From positions 141,877 through 205,876 of the forward strand of contig CAWDCH010000013.1 in NCBI GenBank assembly GCA_963800785.1: a stretch of 64,000 nt of DNA. Direction: 5' to 3'. The notes below the pieces were generated by a model that was not told the origin of the DNA, did no database searches, and worked only from the letters and a program-made list of their open reading frames with translations. This stretch comes from Vicinamibacteria bacterium. GTDB lineage: Bacteria > Acidobacteriota > Vicinamibacteria > Vicinamibacterales > JAENWD01. A program made the position numbers and the translations under genes. Below, piece after piece: positions 45,966 to 55,659 of the stretch (its first letter is position 1; each line of letters opens with the position of its first letter).

Positions 45966-47186
45966 GTGCCCTTCGAACTCCACGTCGCCCTCCGCTACCT
46001 GCTCGCACGGCGGAAGCAGGCATTCATCTCGGTGATCTCGCTGATCTCCACGCTCGGCGTGGCGGTGGGGGTCAGTGCGCTCATCATTGCGCTGGCCCTC
46101 ATGACCGGGCTCCAGGGCGAGCTGCGCAACCGGATTCTCGGCGGGACCGCTCACGTGTACGTCTGGAAGCGCACCGGCCTCGTCGATCTTCCTGCGGAGA
46201 TCGCGAAGCTGCGCGCCGTCCAGGGGGTCGTCGGCGCCGCGCCGACGATTCAAGGGAAGGGGCTCGTCTCTAACGAGAAGGGCACGCAGTTCATCGGCAT
46301 CAAGGGCATCGACCCGAAGCTCGAGGGCGAAGTTACGGACCTCGCGAAATCGATGGTGGAGGGGACGATCGATGCGATCGCCGAGCAGAAAGGCGATCAG
46401 CCTCCGGGCATTCTGATCGGCGCCGACCTCGCGAAGGAACTGACGCTGCACGTCGGCGATTCGCTGACTGTGCTCACGCCCGAAGGGACGCTTTCGCCGA
46501 TGGGGTGGATGCCGCGCGCGCGGCGGCTGCGGGTGGCGGGCATCTTCCGACTGGGACTCTACGACTACGATGCCGCGTCGGGCTTCGTGTCGATCCCGGT
46601 TGCCGGGCGATTGATGGACAAGGCTCCGGACTTGATCGAGGTGAAGGTGTTCGACGCCTACCAGGCGCCGGCAATCGCCGATCGCATCGCGACAACGTTC
46701 GGCCCCGATTACTGGGTCCAGGACTGGGCCGACATGAACCGATCGCTCTTTTCTGCGCTCTGGCTGGAGAAGATGGTCATCTCGATCACGATTGGCCTCA
46801 TCGTCGCCGTTGCCGCGCTCAATATCATCGCGTCGCTGGTGCTCCTCGTCATGGAGAAGAGCCGCGACATCGGCATCCTCAAGACGATGGGCGCCACCAG
46901 CCGCAGCATCATGGTGGTGTTCATGCTGCAGGGGCTGGTCATCGGCCTGGTCGGCACCGGCGTGGGCGCCGTCTTTGGCGGCGGCCTCGCCTATGTTCTC
47001 GATCGCTACCAGCTGATTCAGATTCCCGCCGACGTCTACCAGGTCTCGCACGTGCCGTTCGTGATGCTGCCCGGAGACCTGGCCGCCGTTATCATCGGCG
47101 CGGTCATCATCTGCTTCGTGGCAACGATCTATCCCTCCCGGCAGGCGGCGCGGTTGGACCCGGTGCAGGCGTTGAGGTTCGAATGA
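45966..47186 (+). CDS. lolE: lipoprotein-releasing ABC transporter permease (LolC/LolE family)
   Basis: 406 aa with FELHVALRYLLARRKQAFISVISLIS, MacB-like periplasmic and FtsX domains. Confidence 0.88.
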   Translation: MPFELHVALRYLLARRKQAFISVISLISTLGVAVGVSALIIALALMTGLQGELRNRILGGTAHVYVWKRTGLVDLPAEIAKLRAVQGVVGAAPTIQGKGLVSNEKGTQFIGIKGIDPKLEGEVTDLAKSMVEGTIDAIAEQKGDQPPGILIGADLAKELTLHVGDSLTVLTPEGTLSPMGWMPRARRLRVAGIFRLGLYDYDAASGFVSIPVAGRLMDKAPDLIEVKVFDAYQAPAIADRIATTFGPDYWVQDWADMNRSLFSALWLEKMVISITIGLIVAVAALNIIASLVLLVMEKSRDIGILKTMGATSRSIMVVFMLQGLVIGLVGTGVGAVFGGGLAYVLDRYQLIQIPADVYQVSHVPFVMLPGDLAAVIIGAVIICFVATIYPSRQAARLDPVQALRFE

Positions 47187-47195
47187 CGGGAGTGG

Positions 47196-47319
47196 CCTGC
47201 GGGCTTCGGGCTACGGGCCACAGCTTGCCCAAGCTAAAGCTTGGGCCTACGACTGCCTGCGCAGCGATCGTACGCAGGCCCGAGCTTCAGCTCGGGCAGC
47301 CTGAAGCCTGAAGCCTGCC
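47196..47319. repeat. compound hairpin element (outer GGCTTCGGGCT / AGCCTGAAGCC words plus three perfect short hairpins)
   Basis: Hairpins are at 47227-47246 (8 bp, loop TAAA), 47255-47279 (7 bp) and 47278-47297 (8 bp, loop TTCA). The outer words are complementary with one G-U type mismatch. Confidence 0.6.
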
Positions 47320-47994
47320 ATGGCCTTCATCGAAGTCACCGCGCTGAACAAACGCTATCGCGTCGGCACGCAGGACATCCACGTACTGCGCGATCTGGAT
47401 CTCGCCGTGAACGGGGGCGAGATGGTCGCCATTGTCGGTGCCAGCGGCGTTGGCAAGAGCACGCTGCTGCACCTCCTCGGCGGGCTCGATCGCCCCGAAT
47501 CGGGACACATCGTCGTCCAGGGCCGGGAGCTCGGCGCGATGCAGGACGACGCGCTGGTGGCGTTCAGGAATGTGCAGGTCGGGTTCGTCTTTCAGTTTCA
47601 CCACCTGCTGCCCGAGTTCTCGGCGCTCGAGAACGCCGAGATGCCGATGCGCATCGCGCGGCGTCCTGCGGCGGAGGCACGCACCGCGGCACAGGCGTTG
47701 CTGCAGCGCGTCGGCCTTGGCGAGCGGCTCGGTCATCGTCCGGCGATGCTGTCGGGCGGTGAGCAGCAGCGTGTCGCCGTGGCCCGTGCGCTCGTCATGG
47801 CACCGGCCCTCGTTCTTGCCGACGAGCCGACAGGCGATCTCGACGAGGCGACCGGCGACACCTTGCACGAGCTGTTTCGTGCCATGCACCGCGAGCGTGG
47901 CCTCACCTCCGTGATTGCCACGCATAATCCGAGGCTGGCCGCGGCCTGCGATCGGATCCTGAGGCTTGAAAGTGGCCGACTCGTCCCCGCCTGA
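47320..47994 (+). CDS. lolD: lipoprotein-releasing ABC transporter ATP-binding protein
   Basis: Walker A GASGVGKST, signature LSGGEQQRVAVARAL and Walker B LVLADEPTG. Confidence 0.9.
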   Translation: MAFIEVTALNKRYRVGTQDIHVLRDLDLAVNGGEMVAIVGASGVGKSTLLHLLGGLDRPESGHIVVQGRELGAMQDDALVAFRNVQVGFVFQFHHLLPEFSALENAEMPMRIARRPAAEARTAAQALLQRVGLGERLGHRPAMLSGGEQQRVAVARALVMAPALVLADEPTGDLDEATGDTLHELFRAMHRERGLTSVIATHNPRLAAACDRILRLESGRLVPA

Positions 47995-48065
47995 TCCGAA
48001 AATCCGTAGCGACGTCGTTCGTAAAAAAGCTGCGGAATCACTCAAGAGCTTGGCCGGCAATGCCG

Positions 48066-48071
48066 TATAAT
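48066..48071 (+). promoter_or_regulatory. candidate -10 box (perfect TATAAT) upstream of clpC
   Basis: TATAAT lies 22 nt upstream of the clpC ATG, with GGAGG between them. No convincing -35 was found. Confidence 0.3.
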
Positions 48072-48092
48072 TGAAGAGAGGTCGGAGGCCGG

Positions 48093-50528
48093 ATGTTCGA
48101 ACGGTACACCGAAAGAGCGAGGCGCGTGCTCTTCTTCGCCCGCTACGAAGCCAGCCAACTCGGGAGCATTTCGATTGAGACCGAGCATCTTCTGCTTGGT
48201 CTCATTCGGGAAGGCAAGGGCCTGACCAGCCGGATCTTCGCCCGCTCCCACCTGTCTCTCGAAAACATCCGCAAGGAAATCGAAGGGCGGACGGTGTTTC
48301 GCGAGAAGGTGTCGACGTCGGTCGAAATTCCCTTCAGCGCGGAAACCAAGCGTGTGCTGCAGTTCGCGGCCGAAGAAGCCGATCGGCTGCTGCACAACTA
48401 CATCGGTACCGAGCACTTGCTGCTCGGCATCCTGCGCGAGGAACGATCCGTCGCGGCGTCCATCCTGATGGAAAAGGGGATGCGCCTGAACACGGTCCGC
48501 GACGACATCGTGCAGCTCCTGAACGAGAAGACGACGCTGACGCGGGTCAAGGAAACGCCGCTCCTCGCCGAATTCAGCCGCGACCTCACCGAGGCCGCGA
48601 TGAAAAACCAGCTCGATCCGCTCGTCGGGCGCGATCACGAGCTGGAACGCGTGCAACAGGTCCTGTGCCGCCGCACCAAGAACAACGCGGTGCTGATCGG
48701 CGAGCCTGGTGTCGGAAAGACGGCGATCGTTGAAGGCCTGGCGCAGAAGATCGTGTACGGCGATGTGCCGCACTTCCTCGCCGACAAGCGGATCCTCGCC
48801 CTCGACATCTCGCTCATCGTTGCGGGCACGAAGTATCGCGGTCAGTTCGAAGAACGCCTCAAGGCGATCATGAAGGAGCTGACCGACAACCCGAACATCA
48901 TCGTCTTCATCGACGAGCTCCATACGCTGGTGGGCGCGGGATCGGCGGAAGGGTCGCTGGATGCCGCGAACATCCTGAAGCCGGCCCTGAGCCGCGGCGA
49001 GATCCGGTGCATCGGCGCGACAACGCCGTCGGAATACCGGAAGTACATCGAAAAGGACCGGTCGCTGGAGCGCCGCTTCCAGGCCGTCAAGGTGGATCCG
49101 CCGAGCGAGCTCGAGGCCATTTCAATCATCCTGGGCGTGAAGGACCGCTATGAGCAGTTCCATCACGTCGAGTACACGCGGGAGGCGATCGAGGCGGCGG
49201 TCTATCAGTCCAGTCGCTATATCACCGATCGGTTCCTGCCCGACAAGGCGATCGACTTGATCGACGAGGCGGGCGCTCGCGCCAAGCTGCGTGAGGCGGG
49301 CTTCAGCGAGGAATTTGGCGAAATCAACCGCAGCATCCGTGTGGCCGTCGAGCAGATGGAGAGCGCGGTCTCGGCCAAGGACTTCGAGAAGGCGCAGTTC
49401 TATCGCGAGCAGGAAGTGACGGCGCGCGAGAACCTGCAGTTCGTCCGCGAGAAGTTCGACGTCAAGAACTCGGGCCGCAAGGTCTCGGTGGGGAAGCAGG
49501 ACATCGACGAGGTCGTCTCCAAGTGGACCGGTGTGCCGCTGGCGTCCATCAACCAGGACGAAGGCGACAAGCTGCTTCGGATGGAAGAGGAGCTCCATAA
49601 GCGCGTCATCAGCCAGGAGAAGGCGATTTCGGCCGTTTCGCGCGCCATCCGCCGCTCCCGCGCGGGCCTCAAGAACCCCGCCCGGCCGGTGGGCAGCTTC
49701 GTATTCCTCGGACCGACGGGCGTCGGCAAGACGGAGTTGGCCCGGGCGCTCGCGAACTTCCTCTTCGGCAGCGACCATGCCCTGATCCGCTTCGACATGT
49801 CGGAGTACATGGAGAAGCACTCGGTGAGCAAGCTGATTGGCTCGCCGCCCGGATACGTCGGGCATGAGGAGGGCGGTCAGCTCACGGAGAAGGTGAAACG
49901 GAACCCGTACTCAGTGGTTCTCCTGGACGAGATCGAGAAGGCGCACCCGGATCTGTTCAACATCCTGTTGCAGGTGTTCGAAGATGGGCACCTCACGGAC
50001 GGTCTGGGCAACCGGGTGAACTTCAAGAACACGATCATCATCATGACGTCGAACATCGGCGCCCGCTTCATTCAGAAGAAAGCGGCGCTGGGGTTCCAGT
50101 CGGCGGATCAGAGCGAGATCACGCGCACCGTGTCGGACATGGTGCTGGGCGAAGTCAAGCGGACGTTCAACCCGGAGTTCATCAACCGCATCGACGAGAT
50201 CATCGTCTTCGAGGCACTGTCCGACGACGACCTGCGGACGATCCTGACCCTGCTGGTCGGTCAGCTCAACGCGAACCTCGCCGATCGGCGGCTGCGGATC
50301 GCCATCGCCCCGGAAGTGGCCGACTGGATTATCGAGGCCACGTGCAAAGACCGATCGTATGGTGCACGCCCCCTGCGCCGCGCGATTCAGCGCTACATCG
50401 AGGATCCGCTCTCGGAGGAACTGATCCGAGGGCATCTGCGAAGTGGCGAAATCGAGGTCTACCTCGATGCGGGCGCCCTGACCTACCGGCCCTCTGGCCA
50501 GGTCGAGGCCGGCCGTCGACTGGCCTGA
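48093..50528 (+). CDS. clpC: ATP-dependent Clp protease ATP-binding subunit ClpC
   Basis: 811 aa with N-terminal Clp repeat domains, two AAA+ modules ([18 protein letters not shown]) and a UVR-like linker ([11 protein letters not shown]). Confidence 0.92.
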   Translation: MFERYTERARRVLFFARYEASQLGSISIETEHLLLGLIREGKGLTSRIFARSHLSLENIRKEIEGRTVFREKVSTSVEIPFSAETKRVLQFAAEEADRLLHNYIGTEHLLLGILREERSVAASILMEKGMRLNTVRDDIVQLLNEKTTLTRVKETPLLAEFSRDLTEAAMKNQLDPLVGRDHELERVQQVLCRRTKNNAVLIGEPGVGKTAIVEGLAQKIVYGDVPHFLADKRILALDISLIVAGTKYRGQFEERLKAIMKELTDNPNIIVFIDELHTLVGAGSAEGSLDAANILKPALSRGEIRCIGATTPSEYRKYIEKDRSLERRFQAVKVDPPSELEAISIILGVKDRYEQFHHVEYTREAIEAAVYQSSRYITDRFLPDKAIDLIDEAGARAKLREAGFSEEFGEINRSIRVAVEQMESAVSAKDFEKAQFYREQEVTARENLQFVREKFDVKNSGRKVSVGKQDIDEVVSKWTGVPLASINQDEGDKLLRMEEELHKRVISQEKAISAVSRAIRRSRAGLKNPARPVGSFVFLGPTGVGKTELARALANFLFGSDHALIRFDMSEYMEKHSVSKLIGSPPGYVGHEEGGQLTEKVKRNPYSVVLLDEIEKAHPDLFNILLQVFEDGHLTDGLGNRVNFKNTIIIMTSNIGARFIQKKAALGFQSADQSEITRTVSDMVLGEVKRTFNPEFINRIDEIIVFEALSDDDLRTILTLLVGQLNANLADRRLRIAIAPEVADWIIEATCKDRSYGARPLRRAIQRYIEDPLSEELIRGHLRSGEIEVYLDAGALTYRPSGQVEAGRRLA

Positions 50529-50637
50529 AGCGTCCAACATCCTGTAGGCTTAAAGGTTTGGGACCCGGCTGTACGTCCGGACGCGGGCCAGCGGCCTGCG
50601 GACGGCTGGTCGGGTTTCGGTAGGATTCCCTCTACTC

Positions 50638-53292
50638 ATGTACAGGTCGTTGATTCCCGCGCTGGCCCTGACGACTGGTCTCTGGGCGGGCGCCTTCGGT
50701 GAGACTGTCGGGGCACAGGACGCTCAGCCGGCCCCCGCCCAGCAACCGGCGCAGCCGCAACCGCCCGCGCCACAGCCGGCCCCCTCCGAGCCGCAATCGG
50801 CCCCGGCGCCGTCGGCGCCGAAACTGCCTCCGGCAGGGTCGCCACCGCTCATCCGGTTCATCCAGCTGTCGTTTCCGACGCAGGGTGACGTCTCGGTGAT
50901 CGAACCCCAGACGTACCTGTATTACATCCAGGCCCAGGTCAGCCGGCCATCGGATGGCGTCTGGGTGCCGTACGACGACAAGACCGAGAAGGTGTTGCTC
51001 GAGGACTTCCAGCGGCTGTGGGCCACGAACTTCCTTGAGGACCTCTCGATTGAGGTCGTCGACGACCCTTACCCGAACGGCGTGATCGGCAAGCGCATCA
51101 TCTACAAGATGGAGGAGCGCCAGCGGGTCAAGATCGTCGACTACGAGGGCAGCAAGAAGGTCGAGCAGACCAAGATCGACGAGAAGCTGAAGGAAGAGAA
51201 CATTCAGATCCGCCTCGACACGTTCATCGATCCCGGGCTGATTCGGCGTGTCGAGGGTGTCGTCCGCGGCCTGATGTCGGAGAAGGGGTACCAGTACGCC
51301 GAGGTGACCCACACGATCAAGGAGCTGCCGGGGGGCCCGAAGCTGGTGCACCTCACGTTCAACATCAGCGAGGGGCCAAAGGTCAAAATCAAGCGGCTCG
51401 ACTTCGACGGCAACAAGGCGCTGAGCGACGGCGAGCTCCAGAAGCAGATGAAGGAGAACCGGCCGGAGCACTGGCTCTCCTGGATCACGGGCCGCGGGAC
51501 GTATCAGGAATCCAAGTTCGAGGAAGACGCCGAGCGGATGACCGAGAACTATCGCAACAAGGGCTACATCGCCGCGCGCATCGGGACCCCCGAGATCAAG
51601 GTCCTCAACGACGCCAAGGATGGCAAGACCCGCTACATCGAGCTGAAAGTGCCGGTCGTCGAAGGCGATCGTTATCGGGTAGGCAGCTTCGACTTCGACG
51701 GCAACACGGTGGTCAAGTCCGAAGTACTGCGCCAGCTGTTCAAGGTGAAGGAAGGGGACTATTACAGCGAGAAGAACGTTCGCAAGGGCATGCAGCAGGC
51801 GCGCGACCTGTACGGCGCCGGCGGGTACTGGGAGTTCACCGGCTATCCGGACCTCAAGCCGCGCAACATGCCCGAGCCTTCGCAGTCCAACAACCCGGAA
51901 GCGATTGAAGAGGCAAAGAAGCAGCCGGCAATTGTCGACGTGACGATGCGGCTGCAGCAGGGCGAGCAGTACTTCGTCAATCGCATCACCTTCGTCGGGA
52001 ACACCACGACGCGAGACAACGTCATCCGTCGCGAGTTCCGGTTGCTCGAGAACGGCGTCTTCAATAGCGAGTCGCTGAAGTACAGCGTCCGGCGCATCAA
52101 CCAGCTCGGATATTTCCGGCCGATCGAGGAAGGGACCCCCGACAACCCTAAGGTCGAGAAGACGCAGGGGCAGAAGAACAAGGTCGACGTCACGCTCAAG
52201 TTCGAGGAGCAGAACCGCAACCAGCTGACGTTCGGCGCCGGCGTCTCGCAGTTCGAAGGGTTCTTCGGCCAGCTCTCCTTCCAGACGTCGAACTTCATGG
52301 GACGCGGCGAAAGCGTCACCTTTTCGGTCCTTGCCGGGTCGCAGGTCCAGAACTACCAGATCGCCTTCAGCGAGCCGTTCCTGTTCGATCGTCCGATCAA
52401 TGCCGGCATCGACCTCTTCAAGCGCGAGATTCGCTACTACTACTCGTATACGCAGGCATCGACCGGCGGCAACATCATGGCCGGCTTCCCGCTGCGCGAC
52501 TTCACCCGTATGTTCATGTCCTACAGCCTGCAGGTCGAGCAGGTGAAAGACATCAACGAGCTGTTCCTCGATCCCGAGGTCATCAACCGAAATCCATTCC
52601 TTGCCGATGCGTTGCTCGTGGGCGAAGGAGGCCGCCGTACGGTGAGCCAAATCAGCCCGAGCATCGTCCACAACACGATCGACAACCCGATCTTTCCGAA
52701 TTCCGGCAAGCGGTTGACGGTCGGCCTCGGCTTTGCCGGCATCGGCGGCGACGTCAACTTCTACAAGCCGCGCGCCGAGGCCGTGTTCTGGAAGCCGATC
52801 GGACCGCAGCGGCGTGTCACGTTCGGTATGCGCGGCGAGCTCGACTACGTACACCCGTTCGGGAGCACGACCTCGGAGAACCTGCCGATCTTCGAGCGGT
52901 TGTTCACGGGCGGCGAGTACAGCGTGCGCGGGTATGACATTCGGTCCATTGGGCCGCGCGACATCGGGACGCCGCAACAGCCCGGCACGTTCATCGTTTT
53001 GGGCGGCAACAAGCTGGCCCTGTACAACGCGGAGCTGCACTACTCGATTGCCGGCCCGTTCCGCGTGCTCGGCTATTTCGACGCGGGCCAGGTCCAGGAT
53101 TTCGGCGAGAAGTTCCGGATGGACGACTTCATCATGTCGACCGGCGTGGAAGTGCGGTTCTTCATGCCGGTGCTGAACGTGCCGTTCCGCCTGATTTACG
53201 CGCACAACATGAATCGGGACGGGATTTACGACAACAACCTCCAGCCGGTGAAGGCCGACACGTTCCGCTTCGCCGTGGGGTCGACGTTCTAG
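50638..53292 (+). CDS. bamA: outer membrane protein assembly factor BamA
   Basis: 884 aa with a signal peptide, a Pro/Ala/Gln-rich linker, POTRA repeats and a C-terminal Omp85 barrel ending ...FRFAVGSTF. Confidence 0.9.
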   Translation: MYRSLIPALALTTGLWAGAFGETVGAQDAQPAPAQQPAQPQPPAPQPAPSEPQSAPAPSAPKLPPAGSPPLIRFIQLSFPTQGDVSVIEPQTYLYYIQAQVSRPSDGVWVPYDDKTEKVLLEDFQRLWATNFLEDLSIEVVDDPYPNGVIGKRIIYKMEERQRVKIVDYEGSKKVEQTKIDEKLKEENIQIRLDTFIDPGLIRRVEGVVRGLMSEKGYQYAEVTHTIKELPGGPKLVHLTFNISEGPKVKIKRLDFDGNKALSDGELQKQMKENRPEHWLSWITGRGTYQESKFEEDAERMTENYRNKGYIAARIGTPEIKVLNDAKDGKTRYIELKVPVVEGDRYRVGSFDFDGNTVVKSEVLRQLFKVKEGDYYSEKNVRKGMQQARDLYGAGGYWEFTGYPDLKPRNMPEPSQSNNPEAIEEAKKQPAIVDVTMRLQQGEQYFVNRITFVGNTTTRDNVIRREFRLLENGVFNSESLKYSVRRINQLGYFRPIEEGTPDNPKVEKTQGQKNKVDVTLKFEEQNRNQLTFGAGVSQFEGFFGQLSFQTSNFMGRGESVTFSVLAGSQVQNYQIAFSEPFLFDRPINAGIDLFKREIRYYYSYTQASTGGNIMAGFPLRDFTRMFMSYSLQVEQVKDINELFLDPEVINRNPFLADALLVGEGGRRTVSQISPSIVHNTIDNPIFPNSGKRLTVGLGFAGIGGDVNFYKPRAEAVFWKPIGPQRRVTFGMRGELDYVHPFGSTTSENLPIFERLFTGGEYSVRGYDIRSIGPRDIGTPQQPGTFIVLGGNKLALYNAELHYSIAGPFRVLGYFDAGQVQDFGEKFRMDDFIMSTGVEVRFFMPVLNVPFRLIYAHNMNRDGIYDNNLQPVKADTFRFAVGSTF

Positions 53293-53372
53293 GGGCCAAT
53301 GGTCGACGAATGGCCGGGCTTGAGGCTATACTTAGGGGTTCGCTCTACTTACGTTCAAGGGGTACAGCCAGC

Positions 53373-54140
53373 ATGAAGGTGTCCGTAGTCAATCTTGCGC
53401 TCGGTTTGGCGCTTGGTGCGCCCGCTATCCTGGCCGCTCAGGCGCCCACCACTCAGGCGCCGACGACCGCGGCGCCTGCCACCGAACAGCAGCCCGCGGC
53501 CCAGCCGCTCACCTCCACGCCCGGCACGCCGCCGCAGCCCTTCCCGCAGAGCGTACGCGTGGGCGTGATCGACATGCTGCGCGTGTTCGGGGACACGGCG
53601 TGGGGCAAGACCGCGCAGCAGCGCATCGATTCGCTCGGCCAGAAGAAGACCGCTGAGCTCTCCGAGCGGCAGAAGAAGCTGCAGGCCGACAACCAGAAGC
53701 TCGAGACCGACGTGCTGAACGAAGCGGCGCGCCGGGAAACGCAGGCGAACGTGCAGCGCCAGGAAAAAGAGCTCCAGCGCGCGCAGCAGGACGCTCAGGA
53801 AGAGTTCAATCAGCTCCGCCAGGAAGTTCAGGAGTCGTTCAACGCGAAGCTCGGTCCTATCCTCCAGACGCTCGTGAACGAGAAGAAGATCACGATGCTG
53901 TTCCGGACCACTGACTCGGGCCTGGTGTTCTTCGACCAGAGCCTCGATCTGACCAGCGAAGTGATCAAGCGGTTCGACGCGGTGAACCCGCCGAACTCGT
54001 CGGCGACCCCCACCACGCCCGCGCCCTCGGCTCCTGGCGCCACTGCGGCGCCGCCAGCCTCGACGCCGCCCGCGACGCCACCTGCGACGCCCGCGCCCAA
54101 GCCGTCGACGCCGGCGCCGAAACCGCAGCCGAAGGACTAG
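53373..54140 (+). CDS. OmpH/Skp-family periplasmic chaperone with Pro/Ala/Thr-rich termini
   Basis: ATG 53373 (MKVSVVNLALGLALGAPAILAAQ). It has a coiled-coil, Gln/Glu/Lys-rich core and sits directly after bamA. Confidence 0.8.
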   Translation: MKVSVVNLALGLALGAPAILAAQAPTTQAPTTAAPATEQQPAAQPLTSTPGTPPQPFPQSVRVGVIDMLRVFGDTAWGKTAQQRIDSLGQKKTAELSERQKKLQADNQKLETDVLNEAARRETQANVQRQEKELQRAQQDAQEEFNQLRQEVQESFNAKLGPILQTLVNEKKITMLFRTTDSGLVFFDQSLDLTSEVIKRFDAVNPPNSSATPTTPAPSAPGATAAPPASTPPATPPATPAPKPSTPAPKPQPKD

Positions 54141-54222
54141 CCGTCCTGTTGCCGGTGAGGCCGGCCTTCTGCGGCCCCTCTGCGCTCTTTGGCCCGACCG
54201 CCCGTCGTCCCTGCTGGACGGG

Positions 54223-55515
54223 GTGGTCCGGGCCTTGTACCATCCCAAACACCGAACTGCCGGACGCGTGACCGTGATTCACATTCCGACGCTCGTCGAC
54301 CGCCTGCCTCACCGCTATCCCTGGTACCTGCTCGACGCCGTTATCCAGCACGAGCCGGGACGCCGCGTCGTGGCCGCGAAGAACGTGACGGTCAGCGAGG
54401 AGTTCTTCCAGGGCCATTTCCCCGGGCTGCCGACGATGCCGGGAGTCCTGATGATGGAGGCCCTGGCACAGGCATCGACGGTGCTCCTCCTCGATTGCGC
54501 GACGCCCGGCGTGCGGGTCTATTTGCGCGGCGTCGACAACGCCAAGTTCCGGCGTCAGGTGGTGCCGGGCGATCGCCTCCGGCTCGAGGTGACGCTCAGT
54601 CGGCGACGCACCCAGCTCGCCCGCGTCCATGGGGTCGCCTACATGGGCGAGCACGTCGTCGCCGAGGCCGATCTGCTGCTCGAGCTCCGCCGCGTCACGG
54701 ACATCGATCCGCGCGCCATCGTCCATCCCGGCGCGGAGATTGGCGCAGGCACCTCGGTGGGTGCCTACGCCACCATCGGTCCCAACGTGCGCATCGGTCC
54801 AAACTGCCGTATCGGGTCGTCGGCAGTTATCGACGGCTGGACCGAGATCGGCGAAGGCACGCAAGTATTCCCGTTCGCCTCGATCGGGCTGATGCCGCAG
54901 GACCTCAAGTACCACGGCGAGCCGACCAGGCTTCAGGTCGGCAAGCGAAACATCTTCCGCGAGTTCGTGACCATCCATCGCGGGACCGAGATGGGCGGCG
55001 GGCTGACGCGGATCGGCGACCGAAACCTGTTCATGGCCTACGTGCACGTCGCCCACGACTGCCGAATCGGCAACGACACGATCTTCGGCAACGCCGCGAC
55101 GCTTGGCGGCCACGTCTGGGTCGAGGACTTCGCCACGATCTCCGCGTTCTCCGGAGTGCACCAGTTCTGCCGCGTCGGCGAGCACGCGTTCATCGGCGGC
55201 TACTCAGTGGTCACGAAGGATGCGCTGCCGTACGCGAAGACCGTCGGTAACCGCGCGCGCATCTATGGCCTGAACACAATCGGCCTGATCCGTCGCGGCT
55301 TCTCGGAAGACACCCTCAGCAAGTTGAAGCGCGCGTACCGGTATCTGCTGGTCTCACGCCTGAACACGACCCGCGCCATCCGCGAAATCGAGCAGGACCG
55401 GACGCTGGCGTGTCCCGAAGTGGCCTACCTGGTGGATTTCATCCGCGGATCGCAGCGTGGCGTCCTACTGCGACGGCCCACCAGACGGGCCGAAGAAATG
55501 GTCGCGGACGAGTAA
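54223..55515 (+). CDS. fabZ/lpxA: in-frame fusion of 3-hydroxyacyl-ACP dehydratase FabZ and UDP-GlcNAc O-acyltransferase LpxA
   Basis: FabZ part: LPHRYPWYLLDAV...FFQGHFPGLPTMPGVLMMEALAQ. LpxA part starts at IDPRAIVHPGAEIGAGTSVG, with hexapeptide repeats and ...DLKYHGEPTRL. The start is uncertain (GTG 54223, 54268 or 54274). Confidence 0.8.
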   Translation: MVRALYHPKHRTAGRVTVIHIPTLVDRLPHRYPWYLLDAVIQHEPGRRVVAAKNVTVSEEFFQGHFPGLPTMPGVLMMEALAQASTVLLLDCATPGVRVYLRGVDNAKFRRQVVPGDRLRLEVTLSRRRTQLARVHGVAYMGEHVVAEADLLLELRRVTDIDPRAIVHPGAEIGAGTSVGAYATIGPNVRIGPNCRIGSSAVIDGWTEIGEGTQVFPFASIGLMPQDLKYHGEPTRLQVGKRNIFREFVTIHRGTEMGGGLTRIGDRNLFMAYVHVAHDCRIGNDTIFGNAATLGGHVWVEDFATISAFSGVHQFCRVGEHAFIGGYSVVTKDALPYAKTVGNRARIYGLNTIGLIRRGFSEDTLSKLKRAYRYLLVSRLNTTRAIREIEQDRTLACPEVAYLVDFIRGSQRGVLLRRPTRRAEEMVADE

Positions 55516-55546
55516 GATCGTGGTCTCGACGCACGTTTTCGGCGAG

Positions 55547-55658
55547 GAATCCGCAATCCGAATCGGCAATCTAACTCTGCACTCTAAATCCGCAATCCAG
55601 TCCGCAATCCAATCCGCGATCCAATCCGCAATCCACAATCCGCAATCCGCAATCCGAA
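55547..55658. repeat. direct word array (AATCCGC / AATCCGCAATCC), no complementary arm
   Basis: About 12 same-orientation copies or variants of AATCCGC run up to 2 nt before the lpxI ATG. Confidence 0.7.
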
Positions 55659-55659
55659 G

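Noticed and set aside
45645-47051. 468-aa minus-strand ORF
   Set aside because: This is a chimera. Most of it is antisense to lolE. Only the last ~90 codons correspond to the decayed four-helix-bundle gene, which is annotated separately as a pseudogene.
48041-48071. Full sigma70 promoter for clpC
   Set aside because: Only the TATAAT box is convincing. No -35 lies at acceptable spacing, so only the -10 box is listed, at low confidence.
50632-53205. 857-aa minus-strand ORF opposite bamA
   Set aside because: It is antisense to BamA and has a low-complexity RRRRGR tail and no family features.
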